From the NCBI GenBank assembly GCA_963754875.1, contig CAVWHO010000021.1, positions 32,001 to 96,000 on the forward strand: 64,000 nucleotides of DNA, in the 5' to 3' direction. Below, in pieces: positions 52,377 to 61,453 of this stretch. The stretch is from Nitrospirota bacterium. GTDB lineage: Bacteria; Nitrospirota; UBA9217. The position numbers and the translations under genes were made by a program. Every line of letters begins with the position of its first letter. Position 1 is the stretch's first letter. The notes below the pieces were generated by a model. It was given only the letters and a program-made list of their open reading frames with translations, did no database searches and was not told the DNA's origin.

Positions 52377-53273
52377 TCATTTCATCAACGAAAGGATCGC
52401 CTTCCTGTCCATCTGTTTCAACAGTTCGGTTGCTCGATTCCTGTCCGCGGTAATGATAATTTTTATGGTCTGCGCCTTAACGCTTTGGGTCTCATGCGGT
52501 ACATGACCGCGGAACACCCCGTTTCCCGCCTGTTGCCAATCACCAAAGAGAATAATGGTCTTGCCCTCTTGCCAGATCGTAGGCCCCTTCCGCTCCCCTA
52601 CACGGCGGAACGCGAACGCGGCTCCCGTGACCGAAACCGGCTCATTGTTCGCGGCTTCCGCCCATTCATCGTTCACGACGATATCGACGACGGCCTCGGC
52701 ATCTTTGATCAAATATTGGTCGACATCGCGACTGATCTTATTATCAACGTCCTCATGGATGGCGTGCATCTTCCGGCCGTTCTCATCCAGTTCGTCATTC
52801 AGCCGCTGCATTTCCGCTTGGTTCTTGCGCCGGGTAGCTTTGCGCAGGGCCAAGGAGGTTGTAGTCTGCTGTCTCAGCAGATCATTGATCTGCGCATTGG
52901 CTTCCTCTCCGTGTCTTTCAGAACTTTCGGTGTAGACTTCATTAAGTCTTTTTTTTTCATCCTTCATCCCAGCAACACGCTTGTACTGAATCTGATACGT
53001 GAAGCGATATGGATAATTTGGCCCCGCGTTCGTTGACTGCGGCAAAGGACCGCTTTTTGTCTCGCCGGCAATGGTCCATCCCGCAGGTGCTAGGGGCATT
53101 GCTTGCTTTAGTTTGTTCAGGGCCGGCAGAACGGTAGACGTATAAAAGCTGCTCTCCTCCTGGGCAACCGGTTTTGGATCATCACCGGCATGGACAGGGA
53201 GTGCTGTACTGGAGAAAATAGCGAGAATGACGGTGATAAGGAGGGACGTCGACTGTTTCGTTGATCCTGTCAT
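52377..53273 (-). CDS. Hypothetical secreted protein with central coiled coil
   Basis: Signal peptide ending PVHA; helical mid region. Confidence 0.75.
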   Translation of the reverse strand: MTGSTKQSTSLLITVILAIFSSTALPVHAGDDPKPVAQEESSFYTSTVLPALNKLKQAMPLAPAGWTIAGETKSGPLPQSTNAGPNYPYRFTYQIQYKRVAGMKDEKKRLNEVYTESSERHGEEANAQINDLLRQQTTTSLALRKATRRKNQAEMQRLNDELDENGRKMHAIHEDVDNKISRDVDQYLIKDAEAVVDIVVNDEWAEAANNEPVSVTGAAFAFRRVGERKGPTIWQEGKTIILFGDWQQAGNGVFRGHVPHETQSVKAQTIKIIITADRNRATELLKQMDRKAILSLMK

Positions 53274-53429
53274 AATTTTGCTGTTTATCACAAAGTTTTA
53301 GATCGAAACCGTACTGATTACCCGTGCGCAGAGATCATCCGGCACGTACGTATTCTGAAGACATCCGTGAAGCTTGAGATAGTTGCAATAAAAAACGATT
53401 TACCGAACGTCCGTTGTTGGGATACTTAA

Positions 53430-53762
53430 TCAAAAATCCGGAAAAAGTTTAAGCGACAGCGTCTTCCCGTGCCCTATCTCAGCTGTTGCCGCCAGGATAC
53501 CTCCTTCGATATAATCAAGCTTGAAATTCTGATGTCCTTTTTTGACAACGCTCTTAGCATCCGCCGGGCAGCCCGCTTCGCAGCCCGCAATGCCTTTGAC
53601 CATGCGCGGCAACAGTCCCCGCACATCCAGACCGTTCAATTTTTGTCCTTTTGACGCGAGGAACTGCTCAATCTGCCTAACCAGGGAATCGAGGTCAAGG
53701 CGAAAAGGGTTATCGATACCAATCGATATCGATTCTTTGTCTATGCGTACATCAAGTTCCAT
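53430..53762 (-). CDS. Hypothetical protein with CxxxC motif
   Basis: AAGGAGG RBS; GIAGCEAGCPADAK. Confidence 0.75.
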   Translation of the reverse strand: MELDVRIDKESISIGIDNPFRLDLDSLVRQIEQFLASKGQKLNGLDVRGLLPRMVKGIAGCEAGCPADAKSVVKKGHQNFKLDYIEGGILAATAEIGHGKTLSLKLFPDF

Positions 53763-53816
53763 TCTTAGCTATTCCTCCTTCACAGACGCCGATTTTAGCT
53801 GATTTGATAATCGGAG

Positions 53817-54004
53817 AAAAAAAAATTCGACGTAGTCGTTCCCTCTCGCGTGCCGATGGTGCCCTGCTCATTCCCGATGGTGTTTATATTCGTGCAGCAT
53901 CGGCTATGCTTTCATAAGCGTGAGTGGGATTTGCATTTCACCCAACCTTGTCGGCTAGCTCTTTTCATCGGCAGGCATCTGGCACGAACAGGCCAACACA
54001 ACGT
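53817..54004 (-). ncRNA. Candidate structured RNA (small RNA or 5' leader), family unknown
   Basis: Nested complementary blocks CGTGCC/GGCACG, GATG/CATC, CCTGC/GCAGG, CGATG/CATCG, internal hairpins, 3' T9 run on minus strand. Confidence 0.35.
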
Positions 54005-54027
54005 ATATTACAAAGCCGAACAAAAAA

Positions 54028-54783
54028 TTATAAAGGCTTGATGCCCCTTGTAATCTCGTCTTTGATATACTGCCGGATCACTCCCTGGGCTTGAGGTGTT
54101 ATCCGCGTAAACTGGAGACCCATGCCGGGTTCCTTGAACGGCCCTTCCCCGAACGTGTGGCTGTAAAGCACTAAGGCCTCGGCAGAAACGCTGTTGTCGC
54201 TGATGAGCATTTGGATATGAATCAAAGCTTTTTTCGGATAGGGCTTGAGCGTCCGGATATAGAGCCCCTTCTCGGAAATGACCGATACGCACTCCCCCTC
54301 CGCGCAATCGAGGGGCACATTGTTCACGGTAACGGCCAGGCGTGTAACGACTCGCATGGCGCTCCGTGGCGTGTTTTCTATGGCGGATTGCACCGTACGA
54401 TAAACCTCCTCGGCCTGGATAGGTTTCCGAATACAGGCAACGCAGCCATGTTGCCTGCATTCCAGTTCCACTGCCGGTGTGAGGTTGTTGGTTGCGGCGA
54501 TCACCGGCACGTCGGCAGTGCGCTCGTCCTCATTTAGCCTGTGGGCAAATTCAAGGCCGGTCATCCCGGGGAGGTTCAATTCAGTGATTACGAGCGCCGG
54601 AAGCGCCACAGATGTCATCTCAAGCGCCTCTTCAGCAGTTTTTGAAGTACAGATATTGTATTCAAGCCGCTGAAGAAGCATAGCGGCATAAAAAAGATGA
54701 TTCGCGTCGCCATCAACAAGGAGGAGAAAGCGGCTGTGACGATTAGACGATTTCGTTGGAGCTGTACGAAGGTATTCTGTCAT
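54028..54783 (-). CDS. Receiver-PilZ protein, paralog 4 (atypical REC)
   Basis: ITELNLPGMTG, RSAMR, VISEKG, GMGLQF. Confidence 0.85.
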   Translation of the reverse strand: MTEYLRTAPTKSSNRHSRFLLLVDGDANHLFYAAMLLQRLEYNICTSKTAEEALEMTSVALPALVITELNLPGMTGLEFAHRLNEDERTADVPVIAATNNLTPAVELECRQHGCVACIRKPIQAEEVYRTVQSAIENTPRSAMRVVTRLAVTVNNVPLDCAEGECVSVISEKGLYIRTLKPYPKKALIHIQMLISDNSVSAEALVLYSHTFGEGPFKEPGMGLQFTRITPQAQGVIRQYIKDEITRGIKPL

Positions 54784-55206
54784 AGATGCCAATCTCCCAG
54801 AAAAAATGAACATCTTCTTGCTGCGCAACAGGTCGGCTGATGCCCAAACTGTCGATATTTACTCAATAAACGTACTATAAAACAATAGAAAAGGCAAGAA
54901 TATTAGCAAGCTTCCAACACTGTCAGTCCAATGCCGAAGCTCTACACATCATCCGAAGAGTTCTTTAAGCGAGAATCAATCCTGTTTCATTAACTCATGC
55001 CTTCGCCACAATAAACGGCAAGAAAATTCACCTGTGAGATTTGCGCTGAATACAAGTCAGACTGCAAATCTGAATTCAGAACCATGCTTCTTAGAAACAT
55101 ATCCCACTGTTACCCATAGTAACCTTGTGAAATGTGCAGAACTCGTCTTTTGCATGAGAAAATACGACAATTTTCACCACTCTCAAGGCAGAGTCACAAC
55201 AAACCC

Positions 55207-55235
55207 TTGACATTGACACCTTAATATCAGATAAT
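55207..55235 (+). promoter_or_regulatory. Sigma70 promoter of accA
   Basis: TTGACA-17-GATAAT. Confidence 0.55.
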
Positions 55236-55325
55236 AACCACCATCTTACCAGAGCTTCATGCCTTTGCCGCGTCATTATGAGCGGCATATCTTTTTTTAC
55301 GTATCAATGGCACAGGGAGTGCGTT

Positions 55326-56285
55326 TTGCCGCAAGAATACCTGGAATTTGAAAAACCAATAGCCGAGTTGGAAAAAAAGATCGAGGAGTTGACGCTTTTT
55401 ACTTCCAACGGCGGCATCGACCTTGAAGAAGAGATATTAAAACTCCAGAAGAAATCCGATCAATTGCTCGCGGAGATATATTCCAAACTCTCGCCATGGC
55501 AGAAGGTCCAAATATCCCGCCATGCGAACCGACCTTACACGCTCGATTATATCGAAGCCATGCTGACTGATTTCGTCGAGATGCATGGTGATCGTGGTTT
55601 TGCCGACGACCCGGCCATTGTCAGCGGGATGGCCAAACTCGACGGCAAGCCCGTCGTGGTCATCGGCCACCAAAAAGGCAGGACAACGAAGGAGCGGGTG
55701 TTTCGCAACTTCGGCCAGCCGAATCCCGAAGGATACCGAAAAGCCCTGCGACTGATGCGGTTTGCAGAAAAGTTCAACCGGCCCCTTATTACCTTTATTG
55801 ATACCCAGGGCGCCTATCCCGGGATCGGCGCGGAAGAGCGTGGCCAAGGTGAATCGATTGCGCGTAACCTCTATAGTATGTCGATGCTCAGGGTGCCCAT
55901 CGTAACGGTGGTGATCGGCGAAGGCGGGAGTGGAGGCGCACTGGCCCTCGGTGTCGCAGACCGCGTCATGATGCTCGAGCATGCAACTTACTCCGTCATC
56001 TCCCCAGAAGGATGCGCGGCGATCCTCTGGAACAACGGAGCAAAAGCCAGCGAAGCCGCAGAGCTGCTCAAACTTACTGCACAGGACCTGTTTCAGATGA
56101 GGGTGATCGATGAGGTGGTAGAAGAACCGATCGGCGGTGCGCACCGCGATCCGCGACGGGCCGCGGAATTGTTGAAAGAAGCGATCACGAGGAACCTCGG
56201 CGAAGTGGGGAGCATGGAGCCGGACGGTCTGGTACAACTCCGCTATGAAAAATTCAGAAAGTTAGGAATGTTCGACCAGCTCTAG
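55326..56285 (+). CDS. accA: Acetyl-CoA carboxylase carboxyltransferase alpha
   Basis: YLEFEKPI, HGDRGFADD, PEGYRKA, GEGGSGGA; TTG start after GGGAG. Confidence 0.97.
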   Translation: MPQEYLEFEKPIAELEKKIEELTLFTSNGGIDLEEEILKLQKKSDQLLAEIYSKLSPWQKVQISRHANRPYTLDYIEAMLTDFVEMHGDRGFADDPAIVSGMAKLDGKPVVVIGHQKGRTTKERVFRNFGQPNPEGYRKALRLMRFAEKFNRPLITFIDTQGAYPGIGAEERGQGESIARNLYSMSMLRVPIVTVVIGEGGSGGALALGVADRVMMLEHATYSVISPEGCAAILWNNGAKASEAAELLKLTAQDLFQMRVIDEVVEEPIGGAHRDPRRAAELLKEAITRNLGEVGSMEPDGLVQLRYEKFRKLGMFDQL

Positions 56286-56290
56286 CTATA

Positions 56291-56644
56291 TTACTCAATG
56301 TCTTTCTTCAAGCGTTGAACGGTAGTCCTTAACCCCGCGATTGCATCTTGAACGTTCGCGAAGTTTGATAAAAAAAGCAGTAGGCAATAATCTCCCGCTA
56401 CCGGTACAATCAGCTCATTCCCCTCTTCAAGCGAAAAGAGCACGGCATTCACAGCCCCCAAGCCGAGGCGCGCGGCGATCTCCCGGATATGGTCCAGATG
56501 GATCTCTTTCCATGCGCCAAGCAACTTCAAATCACCGCCATAATCTCCAGACTGAGAGATCATTTCTCCCTCGCCGTCCAGAAAAACGACGGCCCGAGAG
56601 CCCGGTACCGATGCGATTAGTTCATCCAAAATCTGCTGGATCAA
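56291..56644 (-). CDS. Second roadblock/LC7 domain protein
   Basis: QILDELIASVPGSRAVVFLDGEGE; GGAGG RBS before TTG. Confidence 0.7.
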   Translation of the reverse strand: MIQQILDELIASVPGSRAVVFLDGEGEMISQSGDYGGDLKLLGAWKEIHLDHIREIAARLGLGAVNAVLFSLEEGNELIVPVAGDYCLLLFLSNFANVQDAIAGLRTTVQRLKKDIE

Positions 56645-56845
56645 CCGTACCCTCCGAACTGATGGATTCCGTTTGTCCTGAAAAAAGCGCTTGCACCGAC
56701 AAACACAGATTTGCACACGTTCCTAAAAGATCACAAGAGGAAGATAAACCGCTCTTTAGCGATAAAACTTTGCTTTTCAGTTTTAAACCGTGTTCCTCCA
56801 ATAGTGCAACTCCACTCACAAGGTTTGTTCGCAGTTCCCGCATCA

Positions 56846-57548
56846 TCAACTGAAGATGACGAAAAAGAGGAATGTGATGCCGGTACCCAGCAGGGCTCCC
56901 GCTACGACCTCACGAGGCCGATGGATGCCAAAGCGACCACCTGCTCCAGCTGACCATGAACGCAAGCAGGAAGGTCAGGATAATGACAGCAAGAGAATCA
57001 GTAAGAAAAAAAGTGGCCGACCAGATGGAAAACGATACTGCGGCATGGCCGCTCGGCATACCTCCCCTGAGCGGTTCTCCCTTCCCGACAAAGGCTTTTA
57101 TGATGATCACGAGAATGACCACAACGACAAGGGACACGAAAGATACGACGTCGTGCGGTGCTTTCCGGGGATACCAATGGCCATCCATGATGGTGTTCTT
57201 GAGCGCCGGGTACAGGATCAGATATCCCAGCGTAAGGGCGCCGATCGATGCGATGAGCACGACACCGGCGGCGATGTCCTTCGCAATTTTCGCCAGAGGA
57301 TGATACTCCACGGATATCATATCTACCGTCGTCTCGATTGCAGTATTCAGCATTTCCATGGTGAGCACAAGCACAATGGCCATGCAGAGCAGAATAAACT
57401 CGGTCCGGGAAATGTTCAGGACCAGGCTGAGGATAAGTGCAGCCAACGCCGCATACAGATGATAGCGCATATGCCGCTGGGTCTTGACTGAGTAGATGAT
57501 CCCCTCGATTGCAAGGTTTGCGCTCTCTATCCATGTTGTGGGTTTCAT
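56846..57548 (-). CDS. dgkA: Diacylglycerol/undecaprenol kinase fused to PAP2 domain; +1 indel near 56930
   Basis: EMLNTAIE, AKIAKDIAAG, GGMPSGHAA; tail GIHRPREVVAGALLG..FS-TGA in shifted frame. Confidence 0.85.
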
Positions 57549-57982
57549 GAAGCCGGCCTTTTCAGGAGCATTTGTTCTTTGCGACGCATCCTGCGAGCTT
57601 CGGCAGGACCTCGTTCATGGTCATAGCCGAGCAGATGGAGCAGCCCGTGCACGAGCAGCAGATCAATCTCACGGGTGAGCGAATGACCTGCGGTATGCGC
57701 TTGTTTCTCCGCCACGGGGACAGAAATGACGATGTCGCCGAGGAGGTCCGGCCGCACATCTGCAAAAGGCCCTTCCCGCATGCAGAAGGAAAGCACATCT
57801 GTGGTCCCGTTTTTGCCGCGGTACTGCCTATTGAGGGCGCGCATGATCCGGTCTCCCGCAAACAAGACGCTCACCTCGGCATCAGGATGCCCGAGTTTCC
57901 TCAACAGGGTCGAGAGTTTCTTCTTTATTCCTGCCAGTGCCAGTTTTCTTTTCTTCTGAGTGTTTTTTATCCTGATGTTCAC
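57545..57982 (-). CDS. ybeY: rRNA maturation endoribonuclease YbeY
   Basis: LNRQYR, TDVLSF, LGDIVI, HGLLHLLGYDH; GTG start. Confidence 0.93.
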   Translation of the reverse strand: MNIRIKNTQKKRKLALAGIKKKLSTLLRKLGHPDAEVSVLFAGDRIMRALNRQYRGKNGTTDVLSFCMREGPFADVRPDLLGDIVISVPVAEKQAHTAGHSLTREIDLLLVHGLLHLLGYDHERGPAEARRMRRKEQMLLKRPAS

Positions 57983-59675
57983 TGCGTTTTTTTTCTCCGG
58001 GGAACTCGGTGCCGGGATAATCGATGCGGTGGTGGAAGATGCCACTGAGGATGAGATTGAAGCTTCGGGAGATGTCCCGCAGGTCTTTCAGTGTGAGGTC
58101 GCACATACTCAGCTGGTCGTCGAGGAAAATACGGGTAATGACACTGCTCGTGAGCGCCTGGATGCGCTGCGGCGTCGGATCGTCCAACGTCCTTGACGCG
58201 GCCTCTACGGAGTCGGCGAGCATCACGATTGCGGCGACCTTTGTCCGAGGCCGCGGCCCGGGGTATCGATAATCTTCTTCGGCAATGGCAACGAAAGGCT
58301 GCAGTTCTTTTGCTTTCTGATAAAAATAGGAGATCAGTGAGGTGCCATGGTGCTGCTGGATGATTTCGATCACTACAGAAGGAAGTTTGTGTTCGCGGGC
58401 CACATCCACGCCTTCCTTGACGTGTGACGCGATAATGAGGCTGCTCATCGAGGGCATAAGTCGGTCATGCTTGTTCTCAGCGGCACGCTGGTTCTCGATG
58501 AAGTAACCGGGTTTGTGGATTTTTCCGACGTCGTGATAATATGCACCGACGCGCGCCAGAATAGGGTTTTCGCCGATGGTTTCCGCAGCCGCTTCGGAAA
58601 GATTGCCGATGAGGATGCTGTGATGATAAGTCCCGGGGCTCTTGTAAACAAGTTCTTTGAGCAGCGGCTGGTTGGGATCCAGCAGTTCCAACAGTTTGAT
58701 ATCCGTGGCGATATCAAAGACCGTTTCGAAGAACGGCAGCGTCACCGAGACGATCATGGTCACCCCGACAGCGCCGAGAAAACCGGCTGCCAAGTCATAC
58801 CACCCGCGCGTCAGCAGTTCCCCCTGATAGAAATCGATGCCGCTGATGACCAGGAGGTTGACAAGCATAGTAAGAGCGCCGGCCTTCAGTACGGCAGTCC
58901 TTTTCTTGCATTGGATCACACTGAGTGCGGCGACGATGCTGCCTAAAAAAAAGTAGATCGGGATAAAAGGATCTCCTTGAAAAGAAATGCCGAGCAGGAC
59001 GCTTACGACGAAGGAGAAACCCAGAGCAAGATGAAAATCGAGGAGCAGGCAGACAAGCATGGCGCCCAAAGCTACGGGAAGCGCAAATCCGATCGTCATG
59101 ATATCCAGCTGTAGTTTGTCTGCAATCAAAGAAATAAACTGTTTCGCAACCTGGGATACGGAGACCGTAAGGAACAAGAGGAGGGCCAGCAGCAGGATTT
59201 TCCTCGTATCTTCGAGGAGAGCAGGGCGGTATCGTCGTATATCGCGGTAGAACAGGTAGAAAATGATCAGGACCAGGGCCGCCAGACCGACATAGGCCTG
59301 AAGGCGGTTGCCGATCCCTTCGCGGCGACCGATTTCCGCTAATATCCGGGCCTCGCGCTCAGTCGCCCGACTGCCCGATTCGATAATCGGCTCTCCTTTA
59401 TCCACGTTGAACGAGATTATGGCCTTGTCCGGACCGGGATATTCTATCGAAAGCGCATAGGGGGCTATGATCGTCCGTGTTGCAAGGTCACCCTTTTCAA
59501 GGAGCGGGATCCGCGGCAGCAGCACGAATGCCAGAAGGGCCGAAGTGATGAAGGCGATGCAGATGTTGAGAAGTGTGGGGACCGGCGAGGCCACTGCAGG
59601 CCGTTCTTCGCGGTCCGCGTCCGGTGCCTGGTTCTTCGGGAGAAGCTTTATGATTGTGTCATTTTTGCGGTTCAT
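57882..59675 (-). CDS. 7TM-HD family phosphohydrolase (PgpH-like)
   Basis: TM block, PGTYHHS, YYHDVGK, QHHGT, LADSVEAASR. Confidence 0.9.
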   Translation of the reverse strand: MNRKNDTIIKLLPKNQAPDADREERPAVASPVPTLLNICIAFITSALLAFVLLPRIPLLEKGDLATRTIIAPYALSIEYPGPDKAIISFNVDKGEPIIESGSRATEREARILAEIGRREGIGNRLQAYVGLAALVLIIFYLFYRDIRRYRPALLEDTRKILLLALLLFLTVSVSQVAKQFISLIADKLQLDIMTIGFALPVALGAMLVCLLLDFHLALGFSFVVSVLLGISFQGDPFIPIYFFLGSIVAALSVIQCKKRTAVLKAGALTMLVNLLVISGIDFYQGELLTRGWYDLAAGFLGAVGVTMIVSVTLPFFETVFDIATDIKLLELLDPNQPLLKELVYKSPGTYHHSILIGNLSEAAAETIGENPILARVGAYYHDVGKIHKPGYFIENQRAAENKHDRLMPSMSSLIIASHVKEGVDVAREHKLPSVVIEIIQQHHGTSLISYFYQKAKELQPFVAIAEEDYRYPGPRPRTKVAAIVMLADSVEAASRTLDDPTPQRIQALTSSVITRIFLDDQLSMCDLTLKDLRDISRSFNLILSGIFHHRIDYPGTEFPGEKKRSEHQDKKHSEEKKTGTGRNKEETLDPVEETRAS

Positions 59676-60633
59676 TCGACGCCTCGTGCCGCTCATAGGC
59701 TTTAATGATCTGCTGGACCAGCTTATGGCGAACGACATCACGGTTCGTAAAATAGACGAACCCGATCCCCTCGATGCCTTCGAGAATTTTCTGAACCTCG
59801 ACGAGACCGGAACCTTTGCCGCTGGGAAGGTCGATCTGGGTTATGTCGCCGGTGATGACTGTTTTTGAATTAAACCCGAGTCTGGTAAGGAACATTTTCA
59901 TCTGCTCGGAAGTGGTATTCTGCGCTTCATCGAGGATAATGAACGAGTCGTTCAGCGTTCTGCCGCGCATGAACGCCAGCGGTGCGATCTCAATATCGCC
60001 GCGTTCAACCAGTTTGTTTGCTTTTTCCGTCTCGATCATATCATAGAGGGCGTCGTAGAGCGGCCGGAGATAAGGATTGATCTTTTCGTAGAGGTCGCCG
60101 GGCAGAAAACCGAGCTTCTCCCCTGCCTCGACGGCCGGACGCACCAAAATGATTCTGCTGACCTCGCGATGCAGGAGGGCCGAGACCGCCGTGGCCATGG
60201 CAAGGTACGTCTTTCCCGTGCCAGCAGGACCGATACCGAAGACGACATCGTACTGATTGATCGCCTCGACATACTTACGCTGGGTCTCGTTCTTCGGCGA
60301 TACGGCCCGTTTTCTGCTCGAGACCGGAATTGTTTTTTGAAAAATGTCCTTCAACGCTGATGAGGGGTCGGAAGAAAATGCGTGAATGGCGGTGTTCACA
60401 TCGTCTTTCTGGGTGATGATCCCTTGGCTGAGCATGTCGGAAAGCTGTCTAATGAGCCGTTCTACATTCGCCACCGCACGTTGATCACCCTCGATTTGGA
60501 TCCTGTTACCCCGCGCATTCAGAATCACACCGTAGGTGTTCTCGATCAACCTGAGGTTCGTGTCCTTGTCTCCGTAAAGACTTGGCAGCGAATGTTCATT
60601 CTCTATGATAAGGTTTACTGCGGTGGTTTTCAT
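59659..60633 (-). CDS. phoH: PhoH family ATPase
   Basis: GPAGTGKT, RPAVEAGE, MRGRTL, DEAQN, VVRH. Confidence 0.95.
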   Translation of the reverse strand: MKTTAVNLIIENEHSLPSLYGDKDTNLRLIENTYGVILNARGNRIQIEGDQRAVANVERLIRQLSDMLSQGIITQKDDVNTAIHAFSSDPSSALKDIFQKTIPVSSRKRAVSPKNETQRKYVEAINQYDVVFGIGPAGTGKTYLAMATAVSALLHREVSRIILVRPAVEAGEKLGFLPGDLYEKINPYLRPLYDALYDMIETEKANKLVERGDIEIAPLAFMRGRTLNDSFIILDEAQNTTSEQMKMFLTRLGFNSKTVITGDITQIDLPSGKGSGLVEVQKILEGIEGIGFVYFTNRDVVRHKLVQQIIKAYERHEASNEPQK

Positions 60634-60718
60634 CCCGTGAATACGGCCAGTACGCCAGAGGCCGTATACTTGATAATGCAATATGGTAGCATGTCACCCC
60701 TGCAATGTCAATTTTCTT

Positions 60719-61273
60719 TTAATAGTCAATCCCCTTCTGGGCGGGGATGCCACGATCATAGGGATGTTTGACATTGCGCATTTCCGTCACCAGGTCGGCT
60801 GCTTCGATGACCTCGGGACGAGCATTTCTGCCGGTCAGGACTACGTGCAGCATCGATGGTTTTTGTGCGAGCAGATCGAGGACGTCGTTGACATCGATGA
60901 GACCGAGAGCCACGGCGGTATTGATCTCATCGAGCACGACAATATCCCGGGACCCCGACAGTATCCGCTGGCGCGCGAGGGTCATGGCTTCAGCCGCCGA
61001 CCGTTTGTGATCTGACAGGGGTTTTGCATCACCACAGCATTGGACAAACCCGCTCCCCAGCGAAATGAACTCAAGTTCAGGAGCCAGTCGTTCCGAAGCC
61101 TTCGCCTCTCCGGTCGGGTTCGAACTCTTGATGAATTGGATCACCGAGACGGACATGTGATGGCCTGAAGCACGCAAAGCGATGCCCAGGGCTGCGCTTG
61201 TCTTCCCTTTCCCGTCTCCGGTAAATACGATGGTCAGGCCTTTGTTCAGGATGCACTCCCTTGCCGGTTTCAC
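60719..61273 (-). CDS. cobO: Cob(I)yrinic acid a,c-diamide adenosyltransferase (CobO/BtuR)
   Basis: TGDGKGKTSAALG, QFIK, LDEI, LTGR, ADLVTEM..KHP. Confidence 0.92.
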   Translation of the reverse strand: MKPARECILNKGLTIVFTGDGKGKTSAALGIALRASGHHMSVSVIQFIKSSNPTGEAKASERLAPELEFISLGSGFVQCCGDAKPLSDHKRSAAEAMTLARQRILSGSRDIVVLDEINTAVALGLIDVNDVLDLLAQKPSMLHVVLTGRNARPEVIEAADLVTEMRNVKHPYDRGIPAQKGIDY

Positions 61274-61453
61274 GCAACTGCAGTGGGTTTAACGATGAAT
61301 CCTGCCGAGCAGTTTGCTCCCGTTTCATGTAAGAAACGCCTACAAACCGGCTTGCATCGAGGGATCATAACATGTTGCCTGGGAAAACTCAAGAGCATTG
61401 CTTTTCGCTTCCTGCGCTTTGCATTTTGACGTGACCGGTGTATAATGCCCCTC

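Noticed and set aside
53817..54004. Naming the structured region as 6S RNA or a lysine, FMN, cobalamin or c-di-GMP riboswitch
   Set aside because: Key consensus blocks are missing and the context is not the usual one; kept as an unnamed candidate.
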